A stretch of 64,000 bases of DNA from an uncultured Actinomycetes bacterium (lineage in GTDB: Bacteria; Actinomycetota; UBA4738; JBBDTT01): the NCBI GenBank assembly GCA_963742735.1, contig CAVUMN010000004.1, positions 768,001 to 832,000 on the forward strand, given 5' to 3'. Positions within the stretch are counted from its first letter, which is position 1. Every line of letters starts with the position of its first letter. A program made the position numbers and the translations under genes. Under the pieces are notes generated by a model. It did not search any database, had not been told where the DNA came from, and saw only the letters and a program-made list of their open reading frames with translations. Of the stretch, positions 1 to 10,133 are shown piece after piece.

Positions 1-221
1 GGGAGGACGAGCAGCGGCACAGGAGCACGACGAGAACGCTGATCGCCCCGAACAGCCCCACGCCGATCCCGAAGTGCCGGGCGATCTCCGGGCCGAGCAG
101 GCCGAACGCGTAGGTGTCGAGCTCGTCGGCGGCGTTGAGGGCGAACAGCACCGCGATCGGCATGGCCGCCTCGCCGTTCAGGTCAGGTACGAGCGGGCCC
201 GCGCGCGAACAGCTCCCTCAC
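1..221 (-). CDS. MFS-type transporter, N-terminal part (runs off the window start; frameshifted)
   Basis: Manual translation gives MPIAVLFALNAADELDTYAFGLLGPEIARHFGIGVGLFGAISVLVVLL, resembling TM1-2 of MFS domains that accompany Liv-type ABC systems in actinobacteria. The start position is approximate. Confidence 0.55.
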
Positions 222-2215
222 CTGAGGGCGGCCTCCTCGAGGGGTTCCGGCGCCGGCTCGGCCTCGGCGGCGGCGTTCGGCCTGCGGGTCGATCCCGGTC
301 ACCCCCGGGCCAGCAGGTCGCGGGCGCCGAACATGAGCGCGCGGCGAGGCCGCCCGGAAGGAACAGCAGCAGGATCAGCAGGCCGAAGCCCGTGGTGAGC
401 AGCCCGATGTACTGGCGAGATCTGGCCGAAGAGGAACGGGATCCCGCGCAGGTAGAAGGCGCCGAGGATGGCCCCGGCTGGGGACCCCAGCCCGCCGATC
501 ACGACCGCGGCCACGATCGGTGAGCGAGCGGATCGAGGGGAACGACCACGCCGTCGGCCAGCCCCACGCCCGCGGACCACAGGAACCCGGCCGCGGCGGC
601 GACGACCCCCGAGATCGCGAACGCCCCGAGCTTCGTCCGCACGACGCTGACCCCATCGACGCCGCCTGCGCGGGGTTGTCGCGGACCGCGATCATGTTGC
701 GGCCCACGCGGCTGTCCCGGAGGGCCCGCACCACCACGAGCGCCGCGACCAGGAACGCCAGCCCGACGCCGTAGTAGATGCGGTTGGTCATGTAGACGGG
801 CCGGGGGAAGAACCCGTCTGCCGCGAACCACGGCTGCTTGAACAACCACAGCTCCGCGGAGAGGGCGAAGGCCAGCGTCGCCACCGCCAGGGACGCGCCC
901 TCCAGGCGCAGCGCGGGCAGGCCGAGCAGCAGCGCAGCGCACCGCCCAGGGCGGCGGCGATCACGAAGGCCACCCAGAACGGCAGCTGCATCTCGACCAC
1001 CAGCTGCGACCCGAAGACGCCACCCACGCCGGCGATCGCCCACTGGCCCAGCGACATCTGACCCGCCCAGCCGGTCAGCACCGTCATCGACACCGCCACC
1101 CCCGACACCAGGAAGATCGTGGCCAGCAGGAACGTGGTCGACGGGCCGAGGACGAACGGGCGGATCGCGACGGTGGCCAGCCCGGTCCCACGCGGCCCAG
1201 GACGACGCGGCGCCAGCGGGGATCGCCGGCGATCTCCACGGGCAGGGGCCGGACCGGCTCGGTCGCCTCCCACGACGAGTCGTCGGTGGCCCCGGCCCGG
1301 CCCCGGGAGCCGCGGCGCAGCAGCAGCGCGCCCAGCACGACGACGAAGAGCACCAGGAGGTCAGGCTGCTCTGCCCGGTCCAGAAGAAGACGACCTGGTC
1401 GACCACGCCCAGGCCGAGCCCGACCGCGAAGGCCACCGGGACCGACTCCATCCTCGCGATCGTCGCGGCGGCGAGACCCCGCATCAGGAGCGGCAGCCCC
1501 ACCGCCTCGGTGGAGGCGAACCCGATGATGGGCGCCAGCAGGACGGCGGCGACGCCCGAGAGCAGCCCCGCCACCACCCACGCGATCGTCGAGACCCGGC
1601 GGACCGGGATGCCCAGGAGGCGCGCGCGCTGGGCGTTCTCGGCCGCGGCCCGCAGCGCCACCCCGTACCGCGACCAGCGGAGGAAGGCGTAGACGGCCAG
1701 GGCCAGGAGCGGCCCGACGATCAGGGCGATGATGTGGCCCGGCTGCAGCACGATGCTTCCGAACTCGATCGGCTCGAAGTGGATCGGGACGGGGAAGTCC
1801 TGCCCGCCTCCGAAGAACCCGGCGAGCTCGCCGGCCGCGATCCTCGGCCGGGGAATGATCAGCCGCAGCACGATGATCAGCTGGGCGATCCCGATCGTGG
1901 CGATGAGCAGGATCAGGCGAGGGCTGCGGAAGAGGCGCCGCAGGACGATCCGTTCCACCCCGGCCGCCAGGACGGCGGTCGACAGCAGGCTCATCCCCAG
2001 GGCCGGCCAGTAGTCCCAGTGCGCGTTGTGGAACAGCGCGAGCATGACCGCGACGGTGAACGCGCCCAGCTCGCCGTGGGCGAGGTTGATCACCCGGTTG
2101 GCCTTGTAGATCAGGACCAGTCCGACCGCGAGCAGGGCGCCGCCCATGCCGATCGTCAGGCCGAGGACGACGATGTCCACCGCTACGCCATGTCGATCGC
2201 GAGCGGCTCGCTCAT
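220..2215 (-). CDS. Branched-chain amino acid-type ABC transporter permease (fused LivH+LivM), broken by at least 7 frameshifts
   Basis: LivH motifs (GLVLIYKANRVINLAHGELG, GVALRAAAEN) and LivM motifs (GWAGQMSLGQ, LGLPALRL, GRNMIAVRDN, VVIGGLGS) are spread over ORFs 375..2180, 1084..1581, 788..1273, 499..942 and 299..580. Both ends are approximate. Confidence 0.8.
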
Positions 2216-2231
2216 CGCGGCGCCAGACGGT

Positions 2232-3776
2232 CTAGGTGAAGTACCTGCGCAGGTCCTCGCACCCGCCGTTGCTCGGCCCGAGGAGGCGGTAGTAGCAGGG
2301 GTACTCGGGGAACGTGTACGCCTTCTCGTTCCACTTGACCACCGTGTAGTGGCTGAACCCGCGCGTCTTGAAGGGCCCGTCCGCGTCGGGGATGGAGAAG
2401 TCCATCGGCACATGGCCGTCGTAGAAGAAGTCGTTGGTGATTCCGTTCGCCCCCAGCAGAAGGGTGTCGGAGCTCAGGGTGCCGGTGAGCTTCACCGCCC
2501 TGCGCATGATCTCCGCGGTGGTGAGGATCTGGGCGCACGCGATGTTCGTCGCGGCCGACGTGGACGAGCCGTCCTCGCCGTTGTACCGGCGGTAGATCTC
2601 GGCGCACTTCCCCGCCGAGGGGTGCTCGCCGGTGGGCACGCGCGTGGACAGCCCGTACGCGCGGTTCCACTGCGGACGGTCCATCAGCCGGCCCGCGTAG
2701 TCCTGGTCGGCCTCGACCATGAGCGGGTTCCAGGTCCACGTCGGGTTCCACCGGTTCTGGGTCGCCGCCTTCGTGAAGAAGATCAGGGCGATCGGGTTGC
2801 CGGCCATGAACCAGACCTGGTCGCATCCGTCCCGCTTGGCCCTGGCCGCGATGGCGTTGGACTGTTTCTGGGCGCTCTCGACCTTCTCCTCGTAGACGAT
2901 CGTGTCCATCGAGAACTGGAGCCCGTGCTTGCGCATCTTCTCGTGGAGCACCGCCTCGGCGACGTCCCAGTTGCCCGACGCGCCGTTCTCCGGTCGGATC
3001 AGGCAGGGTTGGTGGTTCTGGGTCTCCAGGTAGTGCCTCCCGAAGCTCGCCCAGGCGTCGAACGCGGGGCCGATCGGCTCCAGGAGCATCAGGCCGTTCG
3101 GCCCGTACTTCGCCAGCGAGGCAGGATCCTCGCGGCCGCCGAAGACGGGGAGCTTGCGGGCGATCAGGTAGTCGCTCTCAACGTGCAGGCCGGGGATGGC
3201 GAGGAACACCTTGTCCTCCTCGAGCATCTGGATGGCTGCGGCGATGTTCTTCTCGGTGCACGTTCCGCCGTCGTCGACGATGACGGGCCGGTACTCGCGG
3301 CCGCCGATGCCACCGGTGTCGTTGATGTGGCTCACGAACGCGTCGATGGCCCGTCGGGGGTTTCCTCCGGCCGGCCCGAGGAGCTGCGCGAGCTGCGCCG
3401 CGTCGCCGCACTGACTGACGTTGTAGGAGATGCCGACCTTCACGTAGTCGTCGGTGACCCCCTGGTCGAGCAGCCCGAAGTCGGGGATCTGGTCGGGGGT
3501 GATCGGGGGCGGCACCGTCGGGGTGTTGAGCCCGGGCTTCTTCTTCTTGCCCTTCTTCTTGTCCTTGGGAGAGGGGGAGGTGGATCCGTCGGGGCCCACC
3601 TCGCCGGGGCCGATCGTCGGGTCCTGCGACTCGCTCGCGGAGGCCGGGGTGGTGTCGGCCGCCTTTCCGACCGGCCCGAGCGCGGCCAGCCCGGACATGA
3701 ACACGACGGAGATCGCGATCGCGATGGCCCGGGTGGCGAGCCGGTGCTGGAGGAGGCGCAGGAGCGAGCCGATCAT
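2232..3776 (-). CDS. ABC transporter substrate-binding protein (Liv/periplasmic binding protein type 1), secreted
   Basis: Signal peptide, low-complexity linker, QGVTDDYVKVG and INDTGGIGGRE motifs; lies between the ABC ATPase and the permease. Confidence 0.85.
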   Translation of the reverse strand: MIGSLLRLLQHRLATRAIAIAISVVFMSGLAALGPVGKAADTTPASASESQDPTIGPGEVGPDGSTSPSPKDKKKGKKKKPGLNTPTVPPPITPDQIPDFGLLDQGVTDDYVKVGISYNVSQCGDAAQLAQLLGPAGGNPRRAIDAFVSHINDTGGIGGREYRPVIVDDGGTCTEKNIAAAIQMLEEDKVFLAIPGLHVESDYLIARKLPVFGGREDPASLAKYGPNGLMLLEPIGPAFDAWASFGRHYLETQNHQPCLIRPENGASGNWDVAEAVLHEKMRKHGLQFSMDTIVYEEKVESAQKQSNAIAARAKRDGCDQVWFMAGNPIALIFFTKAATQNRWNPTWTWNPLMVEADQDYAGRLMDRPQWNRAYGLSTRVPTGEHPSAGKCAEIYRRYNGEDGSSTSAATNIACAQILTTAEIMRRAVKLTGTLSSDTLLLGANGITNDFFYDGHVPMDFSIPDADGPFKTRGFSHYTVVKWNEKAYTFPEYPCYYRLLGPSNGGCEDLRRYFT

Positions 3777-3806
3777 CGAGTCCCTTCCGGCGGGCCGGGG
3801 AGTTGA

Positions 3807-3835
3807 AAACTACAGATATCTCGCGGACCGGGCAA
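3807..3835 (-). promoter_or_regulatory. Putative sigma-70-type promoter for the SBP gene (TTGCCC-N17-TAGTTT)
   Basis: AT-richer intergenic patch with -35 at 3835-3830 and -10 at 3812-3807, 17-nt spacer. Confidence 0.45.
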
Positions 3836-3857
3836 GCAATCCGCGCGAGGCTCGATG

Positions 3858-4745
3858 CTACTGCTTGGTTCGCGGCACCCGAGCCCGGTTCCTGGCTGCC
3901 GGCTTCCTGGTTGCGGAGGCCTTCTCCGCGGCGGGCTTCCTCGCCGCGGCGCGCTTGCGGGGGCGGATCGCGCCCGAGCGGTTGATCGCCTCCGGGTCCG
4001 CGCCCAGGTAGGACCGGATCACCTCCGGCTCGTGGACGACGTCGCCGGGGAGGCCCTCCGCGATCACCCTGCCGGTCTCCAGCGCGTACACGCGCTCGGC
4101 CAGGCCGAGGAGGAGCGGCATGTCGTGCTCGATGAGCAGCAGCGCGCACCCCGTCGTGTCGCGAAGCCGGCGAAGCACGGGGCCGAGCGCCTCGGTCTCT
4201 CGCTGGGCGATGCCCGAGGACGGCTCGTCCAGCATCACCACGGACGGCCGCTGGGCGAGCACGCATCCGAGGTCGACGATCCGCCGGGTCCCGGTCGAGA
4301 GCTCCCGGACGAGCTTGTCGCGGAAGGCGCCCAACCCCAGGAGCTCGATGAGCTCCATGGCCGAGGCTCGCGCCCGGGCCTCCGCCCGGCGCGAGGAGGG
4401 CAGGGACAGGGCCGAGGCGACGATCCCCGGTGCCCGGATGGTGAGCTCCGTCGCCACCTCGAGAGTCTCGAGGACGGTCATCGTCGGATAGAGGCGCGCG
4501 TCCTGGAAGCTCCGGCCCAGCCCCGCCGCGGCCCGCCGGTGGGGGAGCATGCCGGTGATCTCCGTCGGCCCGACCCACGCCCGCCCCGAGTGGGGGAGGT
4601 AGCCGCTCAGGCAGTCGAACAGGGTGGTCTTGCCGGCGCCATTGGGCCCGATGATCCCGACGATCTCGCCGTCGGCCACCTCGACGTCGACGCCGTCGAG
4701 CGCGCGGAGGCCCCCGAACGAAACCGAGATCCCTCGGGCCGCCAG
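3858..4745 (-). CDS. ABC transporter ATP-binding protein (LivG-like)
   Basis: Walker A GPNGAGKTT, signature variant LSTG, Walker B MLDEP, H-loop IEHD. Homology (GISVSFGGLRALDGV) extends upstream of the GTG at 4679, so the start is uncertain. Confidence 0.9.
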   Translation of the reverse strand: MAARGISVSFGGLRALDGVDVEVADGEIVGIIGPNGAGKTTLFDCLSGYLPHSGRAWVGPTEITGMLPHRRAAAGLGRSFQDARLYPTMTVLETLEVATELTIRAPGIVASALSLPSSRRAEARARASAMELIELLGLGAFRDKLVRELSTGTRRIVDLGCVLAQRPSVVMLDEPSSGIAQRETEALGPVLRRLRDTTGCALLLIEHDMPLLLGLAERVYALETGRVIAEGLPGDVVHEPEVIRSYLGADPEAINRSGAIRPRKRAAARKPAAEKASATRKPAARNRARVPRTKQ

Positions 4746-4776
4746 CGCCGGCGGACGATCGGGCTGTGGGGCGGCG

Positions 4777-6417
4777 TTAGCGATGGGACGGACCCGGCCA
4801 GGGCAGGAACGGCGCGACGGGCGGGGGCGCGATCTCCGTGTAGTACCGCAGCATCCAGTACGGCAACAGGTAGTCCACGCCCGGCGCTCGGTAGTTCGTT
4901 GCCTCGTGGCCGTCGAGCTTGGTGGGCGGACGCTGCCATAGGAAGTCCTCCGCGGTTCGCTCGGTGACCTCCAGGGGCACCGCGTGGCGGAGGTCGGTGC
5001 TGACCCCCGGGAACACGGTGATCGTCTGACCGGCGATCACCCAGTCCAGCTGGTCTACCGGCACGCACTCGAGGTCCGAGCCGCACCGCGCGCTGTTGAG
5101 CGGGTCGGTTCCGGCGACCATGTTCGCGCGGTACACCTTCCACTCGCGAAGATGCCGCACCGCGTCCTGGAGGCGGCTCGCCTCGCCGGTGATGGCGTAG
5201 GTGATCGTCTCGAAGTGGGCGTTCTTGTCGTCACGGGTGGTGTGGTCCATCACCGACAGCGCCTGCTTCACCAGGAGCTGCGACACCGCGTCGGGCGCCA
5301 GCCGGGTCACGTTGTACCCGGTGAGGTGATGCAGGTTGAACTTGTAGTAGCCGTCGTTCGGCTGCAGCGCGTCGATCTCCATCGACAGCGCCAGGATCGG
5401 GCCCTGGGTCAGCAGCTCCTCGGCCCACACGGCCTGCCAGGTCAGCTTCTGCTGTGCCGTCCCGGCCTTCCGGTTCACGTGCAGCGCGGCCAGCGCCATG
5501 TTCAGCCGGGCCAGGGGGACGGTGACGAACATCGGCGAGATGAAGTTCTCGAAGTCGTGCCCGAAGATGTCGATCGGCGAGACGTCCTCGAGCTCCTCGG
5601 GCGGGAGCGAGAGGTTCCCGTGGGGCCGCGGCGTCGTCCACGCGTAGGTCAGCGTGTAGCTGGTCATCGCGCTGATGTCTTCCTTGATCTGGCGGCGCAT
5701 GGCCGGGTCGTCCCCCGAGACCAGGTCGAACGCGGTGAGCAGGCCGAACGTCGTGCCCGCATACGCGTCGCGACTGGTGCCGTCCTCGCAGTAGTAGGAC
5801 TTCCCGTCCTCCCACGCGAGCGGGCCGAACACTCGGGGTCCGTGGGGAAGGTCCCACGTCTGCCACCAGGGGGCGTCGGTGGGCGCGCACGCCCGCATCA
5901 GGTAGCCGGCCTCGCCGTGGAACACGCCGCCCCCGAAGCCGGGCGGGTCGAGCGAGGGGCTGAACGCGTAGTCCCAGTTCCGGGAGATGTTGATCAGCAG
6001 GTGGTACTTGGCGACCATCTGGTCGATCCGCGCCTTGGCCTCGAGCTTCTGCGCCATCCAGAACGCACGGTTGAAGCCGAGCTCGATCTTGCGCTTGGCC
6101 GTCGCGTACCGGAACGACTCGGCGGCCAGGTAGGTGCCGGTCCACAGCGCCGAGTCCGCGAAGTTGTCCAGCCGGGGAACGATCGTGGCGTCGCCCGGGA
6201 AGGCGTTCCGGTTCTGGAACCGCACGTTGTAGACCTGGCCGTTCGCCATCTGCTCGGGGATCTTGGCCTCGAGGCCGAGCGCGTACGTCTGGTCGTCGAC
6301 CGTGAGGACGGTGGGCGCGGCGATCGCGGGCACGGGCCGCAGTACGGCCGCGAACAGCGCCACGGCGGTGAGGACGAGCGTCGCCCGGAGGCGGACGGAG
6401 GGCGCGGGGGATCTCAT
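4777..6417 (-). CDS. Secreted uncharacterised protein, probable alpha/alpha-barrel (six-hairpin glycosidase-like) fold
   Basis: Signal peptide; motifs DSALWTGTYLAAESFRYA, TSRDAYAG, FLWQRPP and YLLPYWMLRY resemble a conserved hypothetical family. The fold is inferred. Confidence 0.6.
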   Translation of the reverse strand: MRSPAPSVRLRATLVLTAVALFAAVLRPVPAIAAPTVLTVDDQTYALGLEAKIPEQMANGQVYNVRFQNRNAFPGDATIVPRLDNFADSALWTGTYLAAESFRYATAKRKIELGFNRAFWMAQKLEAKARIDQMVAKYHLLINISRNWDYAFSPSLDPPGFGGGVFHGEAGYLMRACAPTDAPWWQTWDLPHGPRVFGPLAWEDGKSYYCEDGTSRDAYAGTTFGLLTAFDLVSGDDPAMRRQIKEDISAMTSYTLTYAWTTPRPHGNLSLPPEELEDVSPIDIFGHDFENFISPMFVTVPLARLNMALAALHVNRKAGTAQQKLTWQAVWAEELLTQGPILALSMEIDALQPNDGYYKFNLHHLTGYNVTRLAPDAVSQLLVKQALSVMDHTTRDDKNAHFETITYAITGEASRLQDAVRHLREWKVYRANMVAGTDPLNSARCGSDLECVPVDQLDWVIAGQTITVFPGVSTDLRHAVPLEVTERTAEDFLWQRPPTKLDGHEATNYRAPGVDYLLPYWMLRYYTEIAPPPVAPFLPWPGPSHR

Positions 6418-6432
6418 CGGGTCCTTTGGAAA

Positions 6433-8688
6433 CTACGCGTGCGTTTCCTCCCTCGTCAAGACCTCGACGACGGCCGTGTAGTCGGGGATCTTGCACTCCG
6501 GGTCGTAGCGTCCCGTGGCCAGCACGGCGTTCCCCTCGGGGAAGAACACCTGCACGTTTCCCGGCTTGATCGCGGCCACCTTCACCCGCGCCGGCATCTC
6601 GCCGTGCTCCGAGCGAAGGGTCACCGGGTCTCCCTCCCGCAGCCCCAGCCGCGCCGCGTCCTCGCCGGCCAGGAAGACCGCGTCGCGCTTCGCGCCGGTC
6701 AGGGGGTCCTTCGGCTTGTGGACGATCGTGTTGAACTGCTTTCCCCGGCGCGTGGAGAGCAGGAAGCGGCCTTCCGGGATGTCCATCTCCGGCGGGGAGA
6801 CCGGCGTGAACCGAGCCCGGCCGTCGGGGGTCGGGAACGTCCACCCCTCGCACAGCCGGGCCCCGCCCCACTGGACCTGGTCACCGGTCGTCCGCAGGTC
6901 CTGGATGCCCTCGTAGAACGGGACCACGCGGGCGATCTCCTCCCGGATGGCCTGCGCGTCGGCGAACTCGACCAGGCCGGCCCGATCGGGATCCACGTGG
7001 CGCGCGAGGTCCAGCATGATGTCCCACTCGGCGCGCGCCTCGCCGATGCGCGGGCCCGGGATCTCGGGCGAGAACGCGATCCGGCGCTCGGTGGTCGTCT
7101 CCGTGCCGCCGCCGGGCTGCTCGTAGCGGGTCATGGCCGGCAGCAGGATCACCTCCTCGCCGGGCTCCACCAGCATCTGCGAGGACACCACGATGTCCTG
7201 GTGCACGCGAAGCGGAACGCGCTCGAGCGCCTCCCGCGTGAGCGGCGGGTCGGGGAGGACGTCCAGGAAGTTGCCCCCGCTCGAGTACAGGACGTCGAGG
7301 CCGCCGCGGTGGGCGGCGGCGACCATCTCCGCCGCGGTGAGCCCGGGCGCGCCGCCGACCTCGAAGCCGTAGCGACCGGAGAGCTCGGCCGCCGACTCCG
7401 GGGTGATGGGGATGCCGCCCGGGAGCACGGTGGCGTACGCGCCCATCTCGGCGCCGCCCTGGACCCCCGAGTGGCCGCGGATCGGCATGAGCCCCGCGCC
7501 CGGCCGGCCGATGTTCCCCCGCGCGAGCCCGAGGTTCACGATCGCCCGGACGTTGTCCGTGCCGAACCGGTGCTGGGTCATCCCCATCGACCACACCAGG
7601 ACGGCCGAGCCCGCCTCCGCGTACATCCGGGCGAATCGCTCCATGTCCGCTCGCGACGCGCCCGACAGCCGCTCCAGGTCCTCGAACGCCTGGCCGTCGA
7701 GCGACGCCTGAAGCTCGGCGAACCCCGTCGTTCGCTCCAGGAACGAGGAGTCGAACAGGCTCCACTCCAGCAGGACCTTCATCACGCCGTTGATGAACGC
7801 GACGTCGCCGCCGGTGTGCACCTGGAAGAACGCGTCCGTCATCTTCGTGCCGAACATCGCGCTCTCGATGTTCGAGGGCACCCAGTACCGCTCCAGGCCG
7901 GGCTCGCGGTACGGGTTCACCACCGCGACCTTCGTGCCGCGCTTGCGCGCCAGGTAGAGGTACTTCATGAACACCGGCTGCGCGTTCGCGACGTCGGAGC
8001 CGAACAGCACGACCAGGTCCGACTCGATGACGTCGCCGTAGGAGATCGTGGTGGCCGCGACGCCGATGGCGTCCTTCAGGGCGGCCGTGGAGGGCGCGTG
8101 GCAGACCCGCGCCGCGTTGTCGACATTGTTGGTGCCCAGGAACCGGGCCACCTTCTGGGCGACGTAGTAGACCTCGTTGGTGATCCCGCGGGCGGTCAGG
8201 TAGAAGCCGATCCGCTCGGGGCCGGCGGCCCGGATCCGCTCGGCGATCCGAGACAGCGCGTCCTCCCACGTGATCCGCGCGAAGCCCGGCTCACCGCGGC
8301 GGCGGAGCATCGGGTACGGGAGCCGTCCCAGCGCGCGAAGGTCGGGGCCGGTCCGCTCGCGCAGGGCGGGGACGTCGGCGAGGACCGCCGGGTCCAGCGC
8401 GCTCATCGTGTTGAGGCGCAGAAGGTTCAGCCGCGTCGTGCACAGGTGGACGCCCTCGATCGTCCAGTCCTTGAACCCGGCGACGCCCAGCGCGCATCCG
8501 TCGCACACGCCGTGCTTCAGGATCCGCCACGCGTAGCCGAGGGCGTCGCGGTTGTCGATGGCGGTGCGGAGCATCTCGCCGTAGTGGTTCGGCTTGACCT
8601 CGCCGATGCCGTTCGGCTTCCACCCGGCCCACAGCCGCGGCTTGAGGCGCTTCGGGGCCTTGACCTTGTGGGCCGGGCGGTCAGGCAT
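6433..8688 (-). CDS. FdhF/YdeP family molybdopterin oxidoreductase (formate dehydrogenase alpha-like, Cys ligand)
   Basis: CDGCALG...C cluster motif, NNVDNAARVCHAPS, PIRGHSGVQG and C-terminal STRRGKQFN dinucleotide-binding domain; next to fdhD. Confidence 0.9.
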   Translation of the reverse strand: MPDRPAHKVKAPKRLKPRLWAGWKPNGIGEVKPNHYGEMLRTAIDNRDALGYAWRILKHGVCDGCALGVAGFKDWTIEGVHLCTTRLNLLRLNTMSALDPAVLADVPALRERTGPDLRALGRLPYPMLRRRGEPGFARITWEDALSRIAERIRAAGPERIGFYLTARGITNEVYYVAQKVARFLGTNNVDNAARVCHAPSTAALKDAIGVAATTISYGDVIESDLVVLFGSDVANAQPVFMKYLYLARKRGTKVAVVNPYREPGLERYWVPSNIESAMFGTKMTDAFFQVHTGGDVAFINGVMKVLLEWSLFDSSFLERTTGFAELQASLDGQAFEDLERLSGASRADMERFARMYAEAGSAVLVWSMGMTQHRFGTDNVRAIVNLGLARGNIGRPGAGLMPIRGHSGVQGGAEMGAYATVLPGGIPITPESAAELSGRYGFEVGGAPGLTAAEMVAAAHRGGLDVLYSSGGNFLDVLPDPPLTREALERVPLRVHQDIVVSSQMLVEPGEEVILLPAMTRYEQPGGGTETTTERRIAFSPEIPGPRIGEARAEWDIMLDLARHVDPDRAGLVEFADAQAIREEIARVVPFYEGIQDLRTTGDQVQWGGARLCEGWTFPTPDGRARFTPVSPPEMDIPEGRFLLSTRRGKQFNTIVHKPKDPLTGAKRDAVFLAGEDAARLGLREGDPVTLRSEHGEMPARVKVAAIKPGNVQVFFPEGNAVLATGRYDPECKIPDYTAVVEVLTREETHA

Positions 8689-10081
8689 CCAGCCGGATTC
8701 GCTCGGGGTGGGCGTAGACGTTGAACCGCTCGCCGCGCAGGAAGCCGACCACGGTCATGCCGAGGTGCTCGGCCGCGCGGACGGCCAGGCTGGAGGGCGC
8801 CGAGACCGCGGCGACGATCGGGATGCCGGCCACCGCGGCCTTCTGGACGATCTCGAACGAGGCTCGTCCGGAGACCATCAGGACACCGTGGGACAGCGGG
8901 ATCGCGCCGGCAAGCAGCCGCTCGCCGGCCACCTTGTCGACCGCGTTGTGGCGCCCGACGTCCTCGCGGAGCGTGACCAGGCGGCCGTCCGGATCGAACA
9001 GCCCCGCGGCGTGCAGACCGCCCGTCTCCTCGAACATCGGCTGGGCTGCCCGGAGCGTCTCCGGGAGGCCGAGCAACGTGGAGCCGGGAAGGACGGGCCC
9101 GTCGCCGAGGGCCGCGCACCGGACCTCGACCTGCTCCAGGCTGGCCTTGCCGCAGATGCCGCACGAGGACGTCGTGTACGTGTTGCGCCGGACCGACTCC
9201 GCGTCGAACGGGCGTCGCAGGCGGACGGTGACCACGTTGTAGTGCTGCTCGTCGGGTGGGAGCTCGCAGTAGGCGAGCGTGTCGATCTCCTCGCGCGAGG
9301 TGATCAGCCCCTCGGTCAGCAGGAAGCCGGCGGCGAGCTCGAAGTCGGCGCCGGGGGTGCGCATGGTGATCGCGACCGCGGAGGGCTCCCGGCCCGGGCC
9401 GCCCACGCGGATCTCCATCGGCTCCTCGGCGGCGAGCCGGTCGCCCCGTTCCTCCCCTCGGCCGCCCTCGACCGAGAGCACGCGCGCGTTCGTCACGTTG
9501 CGCCGAAGCGGAGCGTCGATCATCGGGGGCGAGTGTCCCAGACGTGCCCGGACCCGGGCGAGGTCGCCGGGCGTGTCCACGTCCTCGAGCACGGCCCCGT
9601 CGATCTCCACGGCCGCCGGCGAGATCGCCTCGAGCAGGTCTCGCATGGCGCGCTTGCCGTCGCGCGCGAGCTCCACCGCCACGTCGAGGTCTTCCGGCGA
9701 GTACCGCGCGCACAGCGGCTGGGCGATCCCGTCCACGACGGGGACGACGGAGCCGCCCGGCGCCGCCGCCAGGGCGTGGAGCGCCGCGTCGTCGACCAGC
9801 GGCATGTCGGCCGCGAGGACGAGCACCGCGCCCGAGTGACCCCGGCCGCGAAGGGCCAGCCATCCGGCGGCGATCGCGGCGAGGGGGCCCTGTCCGGGGG
9901 GCTCCTCGCGGACGGCCTCCAGGCCCGATCGCCCGGGCCCGACCTCCAGCGCCGGCTCGGCGACCGCGGAGAGCACGCGCGCCCCGCGGGCGGCGAGCGT
10001 CTCGCCCCCGAGCACGATGGCGGCCTTGTCGGCGCCCATCCGCCGGCTCGCCCCGCCCGTCAACAGCAGCCCCGCGACCAC
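8681..10081 (-). CDS. mobA-fdhD: Fused molybdenum cofactor guanylyltransferase MobA and formate dehydrogenase sulfurtransferase FdhD
   Basis: N-terminal LLTGGASRRMGADKA, GPLAAI, ADMP, DVDTP (MobA) run in frame into EEPMEI, TMRTPGADFELAAGFL, SSCGICG, TGGLHAA, EDVGRHNAVDK, SAPSSLA (FdhD). An internal ATG lies at 9523. Confidence 0.85.
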   Translation of the reverse strand: MVAGLLLTGGASRRMGADKAAIVLGGETLAARGARVLSAVAEPALEVGPGRSGLEAVREEPPGQGPLAAIAAGWLALRGRGHSGAVLVLAADMPLVDDAALHALAAAPGGSVVPVVDGIAQPLCARYSPEDLDVAVELARDGKRAMRDLLEAISPAAVEIDGAVLEDVDTPGDLARVRARLGHSPPMIDAPLRRNVTNARVLSVEGGRGEERGDRLAAEEPMEIRVGGPGREPSAVAITMRTPGADFELAAGFLLTEGLITSREEIDTLAYCELPPDEQHYNVVTVRLRRPFDAESVRRNTYTTSSCGICGKASLEQVEVRCAALGDGPVLPGSTLLGLPETLRAAQPMFEETGGLHAAGLFDPDGRLVTLREDVGRHNAVDKVAGERLLAGAIPLSHGVLMVSGRASFEIVQKAAVAGIPIVAAVSAPSSLAVRAAEHLGMTVVGFLRGERFNVYAHPERIRLDA

Positions 10082-10133
10082 GGGGACGAGTCTCCGCCAT
10101 CCCGGTCCGTCCGGTCGACTAGCCTCCTGGTTC

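Noticed and set aside
6386-6398. 13-nt match (CGGAGGCGGACGG) to the tRNA-Sec 3' end as a possible att site
   Set aside because: It is short, GC-rich and inside a signal-peptide coding region, with no integrase or compositional shift between the sites.
6433-8688. FdhF/YdeP protein as the selenoprotein client of selC
   Set aside because: The ORF is uninterrupted and the Mo-ligand position is Cys (RVCH).
1119-8724. Very long alternative-frame ORFs (e.g. 1119..3806 +, 4984..8724 +, and similar across the window)
   Set aside because: They are antisense or shifted shadows of real genes, expected at high GC3; the translations are R/G/P/A-rich or motif-free.
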